Positions 1 through 10,323 of a stretch of DNA of 64,000 bases are shown here, one piece after another; within the stretch, counting starts at the first letter, position 1, and every line of letters starts with the position of its first letter. The stretch is from Atribacterota bacterium (GTDB lineage: Bacteria > Atribacterota > Phoenicimicrobiia > Phoenicimicrobiales > Stramentimicrobiaceae): the NCBI GenBank assembly GCA_028696495.1, contig JAQVGY010000001.1, positions 24,105-88,104 on the forward strand, in the 5' to 3' direction. Below the pieces are notes generated by a model, which saw only the letters and a program-made list of their open reading frames with translations, did no database searches and was not told the DNA's origin. Both the position numbers and the translations under genes were made by a program.

Positions 1-144
1 TTTCAATAAGTTAATTCCTTCAATGAGTACTCTATCTTTTTTTGGAAATATTTCAATAATTTTCCCTTTTTTCCCTTTATCTTCACCACAGATAATCAGG
101 ACATTATCCTTTTTCTTTATTATTTTAGTTTTCCCTTTTGCCAT
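1..144 (-). CDS. rplX: 50S ribosomal protein L24 (N-terminal part; gene runs off window start)
   Basis: Manual minus-strand translation from ATG at 144: [48 protein letters not shown] = L24 N-terminus. Lies directly downstream of rplN as in the spc operon. Below the ORF-track size cutoff. Confidence 0.8.
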   Translation of the reverse strand, partial: MAKGKTKIIKKKDNVLIICGEDKGKKGKIIEIFPKKDRVLIEGINLLK

Positions 145-166
145 CATTATTCTCCTTTCTAATCTG

Positions 167-544
167 CTACAAAACTTCAGGAGCCAGGGAAATAATTTTC
201 ATAAATTTTTTTTCTTTTAATTCTTTTGCTACTGGCCCAAATATCCTAGTTCCAATTGGTTCATTCTGGTTATTAATAACAACAGCAGCATTATCATCAA
301 ATCTAATATATGAACCGTCAACACGGCGTATTTCCTTCTTTGTTCTAACTATAACAGCCTTCACTATTTCTCCCTTTTTTGCAGCACCCCCGACATTTGC
401 TTCTTTAACTGAAGCCACAATGATTTCACCAATTCGGGCATATCTTTTTTTTGACCCTCCTAAAACCTTTATACATTGAATTTTTTTTGCACCAGAATTA
501 TCTGCTACCACAAGTCTTGTCTGCATTTGTATCACTTTTGCCAC
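167..544 (-). CDS. rplN: 50S ribosomal protein L14
   Basis: 125 aa; motifs [57 protein letters not shown]. Confidence 0.95.
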   Translation of the reverse strand: MAKVIQMQTRLVVADNSGAKKIQCIKVLGGSKKRYARIGEIIVASVKEANVGGAAKKGEIVKAVIVRTKKEIRRVDGSYIRFDDNAAVVINNQNEPIGTRIFGPVAKELKEKKFMKIISLAPEVL

Positions 545-571
545 ACTCCCTTATAAATCATGTTAATATAA

Positions 572-829
572 TTATTTTCTCTTTTGAATAATTTCTGCCA
601 CTTCCCATCTCTTTCTTTTACTTAATGGCCTGGTAGAAACTATTCTAACCTTATCTCCTACTTCACAAATGTTCTTTTCATCATGTGCCATAAATCTGGA
701 ACTTCTTCTAATTCTCTTTTTATAAAGTTTATGAGAAACTAGACTGGTCACCTCAATAACAACAGATTTATCCATTGCATTGCTCACTACAACGCCTATT
801 ATACTTTTACCTTCAGTCGAAATAACCAT
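572..829 (-). CDS. rpsQ: 30S ribosomal protein S17
   Basis: 85 aa; [52 protein letters not shown]. Confidence 0.95.
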   Translation of the reverse strand: MVISTEGKSIIGVVVSNAMDKSVVIEVTSLVSHKLYKKRIRRSSRFMAHDEKNICEVGDKVRIVSTRPLSKRKRWEVAEIIQKRK

Positions 830-862
830 TAAACATCACCTTATCATAATATTTTCAAATTT

Positions 863-1075
863 TTAGGAAATAATCTTAGTCCTGTCTTTTAAGTAATTCT
901 CTCTTAAAATAGTTTTAACTCTGGCAATATTGTGTTTAACTTCTTTTATTTTCATATAATTACTTAATTGTCCGGTAACTGATTGAAAGCGCAGGCTAAA
1001 TAACTCATCTTTTAAATCAACCAACTTTTTTTCTAATTCTTCCTTTGACAAATCTCTTAATTCAATTGCTTTCAT
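863..1075 (-). CDS. rpmC: 50S ribosomal protein L29
   Basis: 70 aa; [26 protein letters not shown]. Position between rplP and rpsQ fits the S10 operon. Confidence 0.9.
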   Translation of the reverse strand: MKAIELRDLSKEELEKKLVDLKDELFSLRFQSVTGQLSNYMKIKEVKHNIARVKTILRENYLKDRTKIIS

Positions 1076-1498
1076 TTATCCCACCACCTGTTCTTCTCGC
1101 TTGGCAAATCTAGTTTTAATTGGTAATTTATGTGAAGCTAATCTCATTGCTTCTCTTGCTAATTCTTCTTCAACTCCACCTAACTCAAACAAAACAGTGC
1201 CAGGCTTTACTACCGCTACCCAAAATTCTGGTGAGCCTTTCCCTTTACCCATTCTCGTTTCAGCAGGTTTTTTAGTAACAGATTTATGAGGAAATATTCT
1301 AATCCAGACTTTTCCTCCTCTTTTAATGGCATGCGTTATGGCGATTCTTGCAGCTTCAATCTGAGCAGAAGTAAGCCAGGTAGTCTGTAATGCTTGCAAT
1401 CCGTATTCCCCAAAGGAAATCAGGTTTCCTTTCTGAGCCTTTCCTTTCATCTTACCGCGATGTATCTTTCTATATTTTGTTCTAGTCGGCTGAAGCAT
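1076..1498 (-). CDS. rplP: 50S ribosomal protein L16
   Basis: 140 aa; [45 protein letters not shown]. Confidence 0.95.
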   Translation of the reverse strand: MLQPTRTKYRKIHRGKMKGKAQKGNLISFGEYGLQALQTTWLTSAQIEAARIAITHAIKRGGKVWIRIFPHKSVTKKPAETRMGKGKGSPEFWVAVVKPGTVLFELGGVEEELAREAMRLASHKLPIKTRFAKREEQVVG

Positions 1499-2237
1499 TT
1501 TTGTCCTCCATCAGTTCACCTTTATTTTGAGATTCACCTGCTGAGGCCGGTGCAGGCTTTTCCTCAATACTATATTCAGTTTTTTCAGTAATAATTTCAG
1601 CACCGGTACTTTTTGGTAGAACCTCTCCTTTAAATATCCATACCTTGATACCTATTTTCCCATAGGTTGTATTTGCTTCAGCAAATCCATAATCAATATC
1701 TGCCCTCAAGGTATGAAGTGGTAATCTTCCCTCCATATGCCACTCTGTCCGGGCAATTTCTGCACCACCAATTCTCCCAGAAATCATTATTTTTATACCT
1801 TCTGCCTTCATCTTGATAGCCCTTGCAGCAGTCTGTTTCATAATTCTCCTTGCTGCAGATCTGCGTAATATTTGATTTGCTATATCTTCAGCAACTAATT
1901 GTGCATCAATCTCCGGCACTTTAACCTCTTTTATATTTATTTGCAATTCACCTTCTACCATTTTTGCTAAATTGTCCTTTAGTTTATTAACTTCGATACC
2001 TTTTCTACCAATGATAATTCCTGGACGAGCACAATTTATTGTTATTCTTATTCTATTTGCTATTCTTTCAATATTAACAACAGAAACTCCAGCATGTGCC
2101 AGATTATCTTTTATATATTTTCTAATTTTATAATCTTCATAAACATGTTGACTATATTTTTTTTGGCTAAACCACTTAATGTCCCAATCTTTTACTATAT
2201 CCAGACGTAAGCCTTTTGGGTGAACTTTTTGTCCCAA
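1482..2237 (-). CDS. rpsC: 30S ribosomal protein S3
   Basis: 251 aa; [12 protein letters not shown] with KH domain, [23 protein letters not shown]; 17-nt overlap with rplP. Confidence 0.95.
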   Translation of the reverse strand: MGQKVHPKGLRLDIVKDWDIKWFSQKKYSQHVYEDYKIRKYIKDNLAHAGVSVVNIERIANRIRITINCARPGIIIGRKGIEVNKLKDNLAKMVEGELQINIKEVKVPEIDAQLVAEDIANQILRRSAARRIMKQTAARAIKMKAEGIKIMISGRIGGAEIARTEWHMEGRLPLHTLRADIDYGFAEANTTYGKIGIKVWIFKGEVLPKSTGAEIITEKTEYSIEEKPAPASAGESQNKGELMEDKNASAD

Positions 2238-2582
2238 TTAAACTTCAACCCCTTTCTCTTCAACTTCAATCGTGATATGGCTTGTTCTTTTATTAATTCT
2301 ACCAGCCCGCCCCATTGCCCGTGGCCTGAATCTTTTCATAGTAGGTCCTTCATCAACAAATGCTCTATAAACATAAAGTTCATCGATATTCTTATCATGA
2401 TTATTTTCAGCATTAGCAATGGCCGATTTAAGCACTTTATAAATCATTTTTGATGACCTATTTGGTGAAAATTGTAAAATTAATAATGCCATACCAGCAT
2501 TTTTTCCTTTAATTAATTCAATCGTACGGCGACATTTTCTGGGTGATATTGGGAGATATCTTCCTACCGATTTTACACCCAT
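2238..2582 (-). CDS. rplV: 50S ribosomal protein L22
   Basis: ORF-track frame 2238-2618. L22 homology starts at the internal Met (MGVKSVGRYLPISPRKCRRTIELIKGK), giving 114 aa. The upstream 12 codons are probably ORF over-extension. Confidence 0.88.
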   Translation of the reverse strand: MGVKSVGRYLPISPRKCRRTIELIKGKNAGMALLILQFSPNRSSKMIYKVLKSAIANAENNHDKNIDELYVYRAFVDEGPTMKRFRPRAMGRAGRINKRTSHITIEVEEKGVEV

Positions 2583-2622
2583 AATACTCCTCCTCTTCTC
2601 TATACCTTTATAAAACAAATTT

Positions 2623-2907
2623 CTATCTTATTGCAGTAGATCTTTCTGTATGAGCACCATGTCCCTTAAACCTTCTAGTAGGGGCAAATTCACCTAATTT
2701 ATGCCCTACCATATTTTCAGTTATATAGATAGGTACATGTTTTTTCCCATCATGGACTGCAATAGTATGTCCAACCATTAAAGGGAAAATAGTTGAATCT
2801 CTTGACCATGTTTTAATAGGTTCCTTTTTTCTTTTTCTATTCAGGTCTCTAATTTTTTTTAACAGTTTTTCATCAATATAGGGACCTTTTTTAATAGATC
2901 TCGACAT
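2623..2907 (-). CDS. rpsS: 30S ribosomal protein S19
   Basis: 94 aa; [54 protein letters not shown]. Confidence 0.95.
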   Translation of the reverse strand: MSRSIKKGPYIDEKLLKKIRDLNRKRKKEPIKTWSRDSTIFPLMVGHTIAVHDGKKHVPIYITENMVGHKLGEFAPTRRFKGHGAHTERSTAIR

Positions 2908-2928
2908 CTCTCAATTATCCCCCTTAAG

Positions 2929-3759
2929 TTAATTTGTCCTTCTTTTTATAATAAATCTATCAGTATCTTTCTGTTTTTTACGAGTTCGAAAGCCCTTGGC
3001 CAGTAAGCCGCTGGGTGAAGAGGGATGCCTTCCGCCGGCACTTTTTCCTTCACCACCACCCAAAGGATGGTCAACAGGGTTCATGGCAACTCCTCTTACT
3101 TTTGGTCTGCGACCTTTCCATCTATTTTTACCAGCTTTGCCCAGATTAATATTGGCATGGTTTAAATTACCCACTTGACCTATTGTAGCAAAGCAATTTA
3201 TTCCTATTAGTCTAACTTCACCAGAAGGTAATTTTACATGAGCATATTTTCCTTCTTTGGCTAAAATCTGAGCACTGGCACCGGCAGATCTTGCTAAAAC
3301 AGCTCCTTGTCCTTTTTTCATTTCAATATTATGTATAAAAGTACCTTCAGGGATATCCTTCAGTGCTTTTGTATTCCCCACACGAATCTCGGCACCAGCT
3401 CCGGCTACCACTGTATCTCCTACCTTTAAATTGTCAGGGCAGACAATATATCTTTTTTCTCCATCCAAATAGTGGAGCAAAGCGATTCTGGCAGATCTAT
3501 TGGGGTCATATTCTATTTCTGCTACTTTAGCAGGGATTCCGTCTTTTCCTCTATTAAAATCTATTGCTCTATATTTTCTTTTGGCTCCTCCACCCCTTCT
3601 TCTCACCATTATACTGCCAGCATTATTCCTACCAGCTTTTTTGCTCTTACCCTTGGTTAATCCTTTTTCTGGCTTGCTTCGCGTAATATCTTCAAAGGTG
3701 GATATAGTCATAAATCTTCTACCAGCTGAGGTCGGTTTATACTTTTTTATATCAACCAC
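2929..3759 (-). CDS. rplB: 50S ribosomal protein L2
   Basis: 276 aa; [45 protein letters not shown]. Confidence 0.95.
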   Translation of the reverse strand: MVDIKKYKPTSAGRRFMTISTFEDITRSKPEKGLTKGKSKKAGRNNAGSIMVRRRGGGAKRKYRAIDFNRGKDGIPAKVAEIEYDPNRSARIALLHYLDGEKRYIVCPDNLKVGDTVVAGAGAEIRVGNTKALKDIPEGTFIHNIEMKKGQGAVLARSAGASAQILAKEGKYAHVKLPSGEVRLIGINCFATIGQVGNLNHANINLGKAGKNRWKGRRPKVRGVAMNPVDHPLGGGEGKSAGGRHPSSPSGLLAKGFRTRKKQKDTDRFIIKRRTN

Positions 3760-3803
3760 TTTTATCTACACCTTCCTTTTTAATTGAACATCTAATTAGA
3801 TAA

Positions 3804-4094
3804 TTAGATATTATCCAATTCTTTGATTGATTGTCCTTCTTTAACAGTAATTATTGCCTTTTTCCATTGAGATGTTTTTCCAATATGTTTTCCCATTTTT
3901 CTAGTTTTTCCAGGCATATTAACAGTATTTACTTTCTCTACTTTTATTTTAAATTTTTCTTCAATGGCTTTTTTTATTTCTGATTTATTGGTATTTAAAT
4001 ATACTTTAAATGAATATTTATTATGCTCTTTTTCTTTAACACTTTTTTCAGATATTATGGGCTGTATTAAAATCATTTTAGTAGAGCCTCTCAT
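3804..4094 (-). CDS. rplW: 50S ribosomal protein L23
   Basis: 96 aa; PIISEKSVKE, KVEKVNTVNMPGKTRKMGKHIGKTSQWKKAIITVKEGQ. Confidence 0.9.
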   Translation of the reverse strand: MRGSTKMILIQPIISEKSVKEKEHNKYSFKVYLNTNKSEIKKAIEEKFKIKVEKVNTVNMPGKTRKMGKHIGKTSQWKKAIITVKEGQSIKELDNI

Positions 4095-4717
4095 TGAAAT
4101 ACCTCCTCAATAACTTTTAAAGCGTCTTTAGTAACTATAATTTTTTTATAATTGATAAGTTCATAAGCATTTATTTTGTTAGCTGTAATAACCATTGCTC
4201 CTTCCAAATTACTAACAGCTCTCTTTATTAAATCATCTTCTTTATCTATTACAATGAGCACTTTATTGCCATCTAAATTCAAATTATTAAAAATGTTAAT
4301 AATTTCTTTAGTTTTGCCCTCTTTGAGTTCTAAATTATCCAGAACAATAATATTATTATTTTTTGCTTTATCTGATAAAATCGATTTTAAGGCAACCATA
4401 CGCATCTTTTTAGGTATAGGATAGCTGTAATCTCTATTTTCGGGTCCAAAAATAACCCCACCGCCAACCCAAAGTGGTGAGCGTATTGAGCCTGCTCTTG
4501 CTCTGCCAGTGCCTTTTTGTTTCCAGGGTTTCTTCCCACCGCCACTGACCTCACTCCTGTTTTTTGTAGATGCTGTACCCCTTCTTTTTCCTGCAAGATA
4601 CCTTTTAACAATCTGATGTACAACATGTTTATTTATTTTGGCATCAAACAAATCATTATTTAATTCTATTTCACCTATTTTTTTACCATCTATGGCATGC
4701 ACATTCACTTCCACCAT
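4091..4717 (-). CDS. rplD: 50S ribosomal protein L4
   Basis: 208 aa; RGTASTKNRSEVSGGGKKPWKQKGTGRARAGSIRSPLWVGGGVIFGP; 4-nt overlap with rplW. Confidence 0.93.
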   Translation of the reverse strand: MVEVNVHAIDGKKIGEIELNNDLFDAKINKHVVHQIVKRYLAGKRRGTASTKNRSEVSGGGKKPWKQKGTGRARAGSIRSPLWVGGGVIFGPENRDYSYPIPKKMRMVALKSILSDKAKNNNIIVLDNLELKEGKTKEIINIFNNLNLDGNKVLIVIDKEDDLIKRAVSNLEGAMVITANKINAYELINYKKIIVTKDALKVIEEVFQ

Positions 4718-4757
4718 AGCGCTATTCTCCTTCCTGTCTAGAATATGACTTTAGTAA

Positions 4758-5384
4758 CTAGGAAACCTTTTCAATCGCTACAAGGGCATTATTGGGACCC
4801 GGAATAGCACCTTTTAATAAAATTAAATTCCGATCCAGATCAACCTTAACAACCTCGATATTTCTAACTTTTACGGTCTCATTACCCATCCTTCCAGGTA
4901 ATTTTTTTCCTTTAAAAACCCTTGCTGCATCTACAGCACCAATAGAACCAGGAGATCGGTACTTATCCTTTTGACCATGAGTTTTGGGTTCCCGTGAAAA
5001 GTTATGTCTTTTTATGGTGCCAGCAAACCCTTTTCCTTTACTAACTCCTATTACATTAACCTTTTCGCCTTCTTTAAATATATCTACTTTTATTTCATTT
5101 CCTACTTCATACTTCTCTATATCATCAAATTTAAATTCTCTGATATGCTGGCAAGGTAAGACATCTTGTTTTTTAAAATAACCGTCTAAGGGTTTATTTA
5201 TTCTATTTTTTTTATCTATTTTTATGAAACCAAGCTGGAGAGCACTATATTTATCTTTTTCCTTTTCTCTTTTATTTAAAACATGACATGGTCCTGCCAA
5301 TAAAACTGTAACTCCAATCGAATCCCCATTTTCTAAAAAAATACTGGTCATCCCTATTTTTTTACCTAAAATACCAGTTTTCAC
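4758..5384 (-). CDS. rplC: 50S ribosomal protein L3
   Basis: 208 aa; MKTGILGKKIGMTSIF, VSKGKGFAGTIKRHNFSREPKTHGQ. Confidence 0.93.
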   Translation of the reverse strand: MKTGILGKKIGMTSIFLENGDSIGVTVLLAGPCHVLNKREKEKDKYSALQLGFIKIDKKNRINKPLDGYFKKQDVLPCQHIREFKFDDIEKYEVGNEIKVDIFKEGEKVNVIGVSKGKGFAGTIKRHNFSREPKTHGQKDKYRSPGSIGAVDAARVFKGKKLPGRMGNETVKVRNIEVVKVDLDRNLILLKGAIPGPNNALVAIEKVS

Positions 5385-5547
5385 TAACCTACACCTCCAA
5401 GCAATTTTCAGTTATTATGAGCATATTTTTAAAATATCAACCTGCAACATATGATTAGCCCATTTTTATATAATTGGTAAGCAAGTTTGTAATATTACTA
5501 TTAAACTTACCCTTGAAATAATGTTCTAAAACTATTACTATTCTACT

Positions 5548-5856
5548 CTAATCTAAAGTTTTTATTTCGATATCAACACCAGATGGTAAGTCTAAATGCA
5601 TTAAAGCCTCAACGGATTTTGCCGAAGGGTCAATAATATCAATCATTCTTTTATGTGTTCTCATCTCAAATTGTTCTCTAGATTTTTTATCCACATGTGG
5701 TGATCTCAATACACAATATTTGTTTATTTCGGTAGGCAAAGGAATTGGACCTGAATATTTGCCTCCGGTCTTTTTAATTGCATCAATTATTTTTAGAGCC
5801 GAATTATCGAGTATACGATGATCATAAGCCCTCAGTCTGATTCTTATTTTTTGCAT
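5548..5856 (-). CDS. rpsJ: 30S ribosomal protein S10
   Basis: 102 aa; [52 protein letters not shown]. Confidence 0.95.
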   Translation of the reverse strand: MQKIRIRLRAYDHRILDNSALKIIDAIKKTGGKYSGPIPLPTEINKYCVLRSPHVDKKSREQFEMRTHKRMIDIIDPSAKSVEALMHLDLPSGVDIEIKTLD

Positions 5857-5892
5857 GTAAATCTTTCTACCTCCTCCAACAATTAGAACATT

Positions 5893-7120
5893 TCTTACCC
5901 AAGAATCTCAGTAACTACTCCTGCAGCTATGGTTCTTCCACCCTCTCGGATAGCAAAACGAACACCCTTTTCCATGGCAATGGGGGTGATTAATTCACTG
6001 GTAACAGTCAGGTTATCACCGGGCATAGCCATCTCTACACCTTCCGGAAGAGTGACTACACCGGTTACGTCGGTAGTCCTGAAATAGAACTGGGGACGGT
6101 AACCACTGAAGATAGAGGTATGTCTTCCACCCTCTTCTTTGGTAAGAATAATGACTTCTGCTTTAAATTTGGTATGTGGAGTTATACTACCCGGGGCAGC
6201 AATAACCTGGCCACGTCTAATCTCTTTCTTATCTACACCACGAAGGAGTATACCAACATTATCGCCGGCCTGAGCCTGGTCCAGTAATTTACGGAACATC
6301 TCTACACCTGTTGCTACTGTCTTTTTCGGTTTATCGCTCAAACCTACTATCTCTACCTGATCACCGACTTTGATTATTCCACGTTCCACTCTGCCGGTAG
6401 CTACTGTTCCTCTACCTGTAATACTGAAGACATCCTCTACAGACAGGAGGAAGGGTTTGTCTATATCACGTACCGGGGTAGGAATATAGCTGTCTACCGC
6501 ATCTAATAACTCCTGAATAGGTTTAAAAGCAGGGTCATCCGGGTTGGCTGGGTCGGCTTCCATAGCCTTAAGAGCAGAGCCTTTGATAACCGGTATGTCG
6601 TCACCAGGAAAATCATATTCACTGAGTAATTCTCTTACTTCCATTTCTACCAGGTCGATCAACTCAGGGTCATCTACCATATCAACTTTATTCAAGAAGA
6701 CTACAATGTAGGGTACCCCTACCTGACGAGATAAGAGAATATGTTCTCTGGTCTGAGGCATAGGGCCATCGGCTGCTGAGACTACCAGAATTGCACCATC
6801 CATCTGGGCTGCACCGGTAATCATGTTTTTGACATAGTCAGCATGACCGGGACAGTCAATATGGGCATAGTGCCTGTTTTCTGTCTCATATTCAGCATGG
6901 TATACCGAGATGGTAATTCCTCTGTCTCTCTCCTCAGGGGCACGGTCAATCTCATCAAAGGACTTGGCTGTGGCTAGTTTTTTACCTGATAGATATCTGG
7001 TAATTGCCGAGGTAAGAGTTGTTTTACCATGGTCAACATGTCCAATAGTCCCTATATTCACATGTGGCTTTGTACGGACAAACTTTTCTTTAGCCATTTT
7101 GTTTTTTTCCTCCTTAAAAG
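5893..7120. repeat. 1228-bp segment apparently identical to 23443-24670 (tuf duplication unit)
   Basis: Direct comparison of both regions in the sequence. Identity starts 2 bp past the stop codon and ends 23 bp upstream of the start, including the RBS ggagg. The flanks diverge immediately. Confidence 0.85.
5895..7097 (-). CDS. tuf: elongation factor Tu, copy 1
   Basis: 400 aa; [40 protein letters not shown]. Classic position after fusA. Protein identical to copy 2. Confidence 0.97.
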   Translation of the reverse strand: MAKEKFVRTKPHVNIGTIGHVDHGKTTLTSAITRYLSGKKLATAKSFDEIDRAPEERDRGITISVYHAEYETENRHYAHIDCPGHADYVKNMITGAAQMDGAILVVSAADGPMPQTREHILLSRQVGVPYIVVFLNKVDMVDDPELIDLVEMEVRELLSEYDFPGDDIPVIKGSALKAMEADPANPDDPAFKPIQELLDAVDSYIPTPVRDIDKPFLLSVEDVFSITGRGTVATGRVERGIIKVGDQVEIVGLSDKPKKTVATGVEMFRKLLDQAQAGDNVGILLRGVDKKEIRRGQVIAAPGSITPHTKFKAEVIILTKEEGGRHTSIFSGYRPQFYFRTTDVTGVVTLPEGVEMAMPGDNLTVTSELITPIAMEKGVRFAIREGGRTIAAGVVTEILG

Positions 7121-7143
7121 TTAAACTTTTAGTTTATATATTT

Positions 7144-9219
7144 TTAAATTATACATGATATTTTTTTTATTACATCTTCAGGGGCAATTTCATAATAAGC
7201 AAATTGCATCACATATATAGCCCTGCCCTGGGTGATCGATCTTAAATTAGTAGCATAGCCAAAAACTTCCTGTAATGGAACATGGGCTATTATTATTTTA
7301 CCCTTAATATTACTCTTTTCCTGAATTCCTAATATTTTTGCTCTGCGAGAATTTAAGTCACTAATAATTGAGCCCAGATACTCTTCAGGAGTCCTAATCT
7401 CTATTTCCACAATTGGTTCCAATAGCACTGGATTAGCTTTTTTTAATCCTTCTTTCAAAGCGATGGATGCAGCAATTTTAAAAGCTAATTCAGAAGAGTC
7501 CACTGAATGGAAAGAACCATCTATTACAGAAACTCTTATATTAGTAACTGGATAACTTGCCAATACACCACATAGCATAGCTTCTTGTATCCCTTGCTTT
7601 ACGGCTGGCATATACTCTTTGGGAATACTCCCCCCTACAGTTCGGTCAATAAACTCAAAGGTACCTTCTTTATATGGCTCAACTTCAATAATTACATCAC
7701 CATACTGACCTCTGCCACCACTCTGTCTAATGAATCTACCCCGAGCAGTTGCTTTTTCAGTAACTGTCTCTCTAAAGGCTACCTGTGGTTCACCAATATT
7801 TCCGTCAAGCTTATATTCTCTTAATAATCTATCAACAATAATCTCTAAATGCAGTTCTCCCATACCCGAGATTATGGTCTGACCGGTGTCTTTATTATAA
7901 GCATGTTTAAAAGTTGGGTCTTCTTCCCCAATTTTATTTAAAGCAATAGCCATTTTTTCCCTATCGCCAAGGCTTTTTGGTTCAATGGCAATCGAGATAA
8001 CTGGCTCGGGAAATTTAATCTTTTCTAAAATAATAGGTTTTTTTTCATCACATAGAGTATCTCCGGTTCCAGATTTTTTCAGACCAATAATGGCACCTAA
8101 GTTACCGGCGGATATCTCTTTCACCTGTTCTTTATGGTCAGCATGTATCTTTACTAATCTGTTTATTCTTTCTTTAATATTTTGAGTAGAATTATACACA
8201 TAATGACCTTCACTTATCGTACCAGAATATACTCTTATAAAACATAATCTCCCAAAAAAAGGATCAGTGGTAACTTTAAATACTAAAGCGGACAGTGGTT
8301 CATTGACATCTGTTTTTCTAGTAATCTCTTTGCCTGTTTTTGGGTCTTCCCCTATAATTGGCAATACTTCTAATGGTGAGGGTAAATAATTATTTACTGC
8401 ATCTAAAAGTAATTGTATACCCTTATTTTTCAAAGCTGAACCGCATAACACTGGTACTAATTTATTTCTTATAGTTAATTTTCTTATAGTCTGATATATC
8501 CGTTCTTCACTAATATCTTTATTATACAGGTAGTCTTCCATAAAACTTTCATCTTCTTCAGAAAGAATATCGAACAGCTTTTTTTGTGCTTTTTCCGCTT
8601 CCTTCATATATTTCTCAGGAATCTCCTCAACACAATAATTGGTACCCAAAGAATCAATAGTATATGAATAAGCTTTCATCTGAATGATGTCAATAATGCC
8701 CTGGAAATCTCCTTCTTTTCCCCAGGGTATCTGTGTAACTAATGGTATGGCAGAGAATTTTTCCTTAATCATCTTAATTGTTCCATAAAAATCTGCACCG
8801 GTGCGGTCCATCTTATTGATAAAAGCAATTCTGGGAACCTGATATCGATCAGCTTGATGCCATACGGTCTCAGTCTGTGGCTCTACCCCACCTACAGCAC
8901 AGAAGACTACAATAGCCCCATCTAAAATTCTTAGAGAACGCTCAACTTCAACTGTAAAGTCTACATGGCCTGGCGTATCTATAGTATTAATTTGATAACC
9001 TTTCCAGAAAGATGTAGTAACTGCAGAGCTTATAGTGATACCTCTTTCTCTTTCCTGAGGCATCCAATCCATAGTTGCTGTACCTTCATGAACTTCACCC
9101 ATCTTATGCACTCTGCCAGTATAATACAAAATCCTTTCAGTAACAGTAGTTTTACCGGCATCAATGTGAGCCATAATACCTATATTTCTTACTTTTTGTA
9201 GACCATTTGAGTTTAACAT
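7144..9219 (-). CDS. fusA: elongation factor G
   Basis: ORF-track frame 7144-9294. EF-G homology begins at the internal Met ([35 protein letters not shown]). The upstream 25 K-rich codons are probably over-extension. Domains G, II, III, IV, V all present. Confidence 0.93.
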   Translation of the reverse strand: MLNSNGLQKVRNIGIMAHIDAGKTTVTERILYYTGRVHKMGEVHEGTATMDWMPQERERGITISSAVTTSFWKGYQINTIDTPGHVDFTVEVERSLRILDGAIVVFCAVGGVEPQTETVWHQADRYQVPRIAFINKMDRTGADFYGTIKMIKEKFSAIPLVTQIPWGKEGDFQGIIDIIQMKAYSYTIDSLGTNYCVEEIPEKYMKEAEKAQKKLFDILSEEDESFMEDYLYNKDISEERIYQTIRKLTIRNKLVPVLCGSALKNKGIQLLLDAVNNYLPSPLEVLPIIGEDPKTGKEITRKTDVNEPLSALVFKVTTDPFFGRLCFIRVYSGTISEGHYVYNSTQNIKERINRLVKIHADHKEQVKEISAGNLGAIIGLKKSGTGDTLCDEKKPIILEKIKFPEPVISIAIEPKSLGDREKMAIALNKIGEEDPTFKHAYNKDTGQTIISGMGELHLEIIVDRLLREYKLDGNIGEPQVAFRETVTEKATARGRFIRQSGGRGQYGDVIIEVEPYKEGTFEFIDRTVGGSIPKEYMPAVKQGIQEAMLCGVLASYPVTNIRVSVIDGSFHSVDSSELAFKIAASIALKEGLKKANPVLLEPIVEIEIRTPEEYLGSIISDLNSRRAKILGIQEKSNIKGKIIIAHVPLQEVFGYATNLRSITQGRAIYVMQFAYYEIAPEDVIKKISCII

Positions 9220-9309
9220 GGAATATTTGTTCTCTATTTCTTCTTTAATATATTTTTTAAAGTTGTTTCGTTTTGTTTTCTCTTTAATAATCATAACAAA
9301 TAAAATATT

Positions 9310-9780
9310 TTACCAACGATAATGTGCAAAAGCTTTGTTGGCTTCTGCCATTTTATGGGTATCTTCTCTTTTCTTAACAGAAGAGCCTGCTCCCTGCGAG
9401 GCATCAATTAATTCTGCTGCCAGTTTTTCTGAAAAAGGTTTTCCAGTTTTGCTTCTACTATAATTTATTATCCATCTCATAGCTAAAGTAACTCTTCTTT
9501 CAGGAGAAACTTCGATAGGGACCTGATAACTTGCCCCTCCAACTCTTCTGGATTTAACTTCTAAGATGGGCATTACATTATCCATTGCCTGATTAAAAAC
9601 TTCTAAAGAATCTTTCTTGGTCCTTTCCTTCACAATATCCATAGCACCATAGAATACCTGCCGGGCAACACTTTTCTTCCCATCCCACATAATATGATTA
9701 ATAAACTTTGTTACCCTCTTATCTTTATAAACAGGGTCTTCTTTTATTGCGCGTTTGATTGCTTTTCTTTTTCTAGACAT
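9310..9780 (-). CDS. rpsG: 30S ribosomal protein S7
   Basis: 156 aa; MSRKRKAIKR, INHIMWDGKKSVARQVFYGAMD, AHYRW C-terminus. Confidence 0.95.
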   Translation of the reverse strand: MSRKRKAIKRAIKEDPVYKDKRVTKFINHIMWDGKKSVARQVFYGAMDIVKERTKKDSLEVFNQAMDNVMPILEVKSRRVGGASYQVPIEVSPERRVTLAMRWIINYSRSKTGKPFSEKLAAELIDASQGAGSSVKKREDTHKMAEANKAFAHYRW

Positions 9781-9851
9781 TACTACCCACCTCTATTAAG
9801 CTTATTTTAAAATTATGAATCATCCATTTAATATAATAGAAAAATCTATAA

Positions 9852-10226
9852 TTAATTCTTGGGTCTATCAGTTCCATATCTGGAACGGCTTTGTTTTCTA
9901 CCCTCTACTCCAGTAGCATCCATAACACCACGTACTATATGGTATCTAACACCGGGTAAATCTTTTACTCTGCCACCCCTAATCAACACAATAGAGTGTT
10001 CCTGCAAGCTATGTCCAATCCCGGGAATATAGGCAGTAACCTCTATATTATTAGTCAATCTCACTCTGGCTACCTTTCTTAAAGCAGAGTTAGGTTTCTT
10101 CGGTGTAATGGTCCACACACGAGTACATACACCCCGTTTTAATGGTGAGCCTTTTAAAGCCGGAGTTCCAGATTTTTTTAATACTTTTTTCCTTCCTTTT
10201 TTTACTAACTGATTAATTGTTGGCAT
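9852..10226 (-). CDS. rpsL: 30S ribosomal protein S12
   Basis: 124 aa; [66 protein letters not shown]. Confidence 0.95.
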   Translation of the reverse strand: MPTINQLVKKGRKKVLKKSGTPALKGSPLKRGVCTRVWTITPKKPNSALRKVARVRLTNNIEVTAYIPGIGHSLQEHSIVLIRGGRVKDLPGVRYHIVRGVMDATGVEGRKQSRSRYGTDRPKN

Positions 10227-10323
10227 TTCTGTACCACCTTCTTAAAGTAATGATAGCCTGCTAAAATACTTAAACATTTTAACAACATCATTCAATGATG
10301 TCAATAAATATTTTCATTTATCA

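Noticed and set aside
10281-10298. Perfect palindrome acatcattcaatgatgt between rpoC and rpsL
   Set aside because: A 1-nt spacer cannot form a hairpin. It could be a protein site, but it is a short A/T-rich palindrome with no supporting context.
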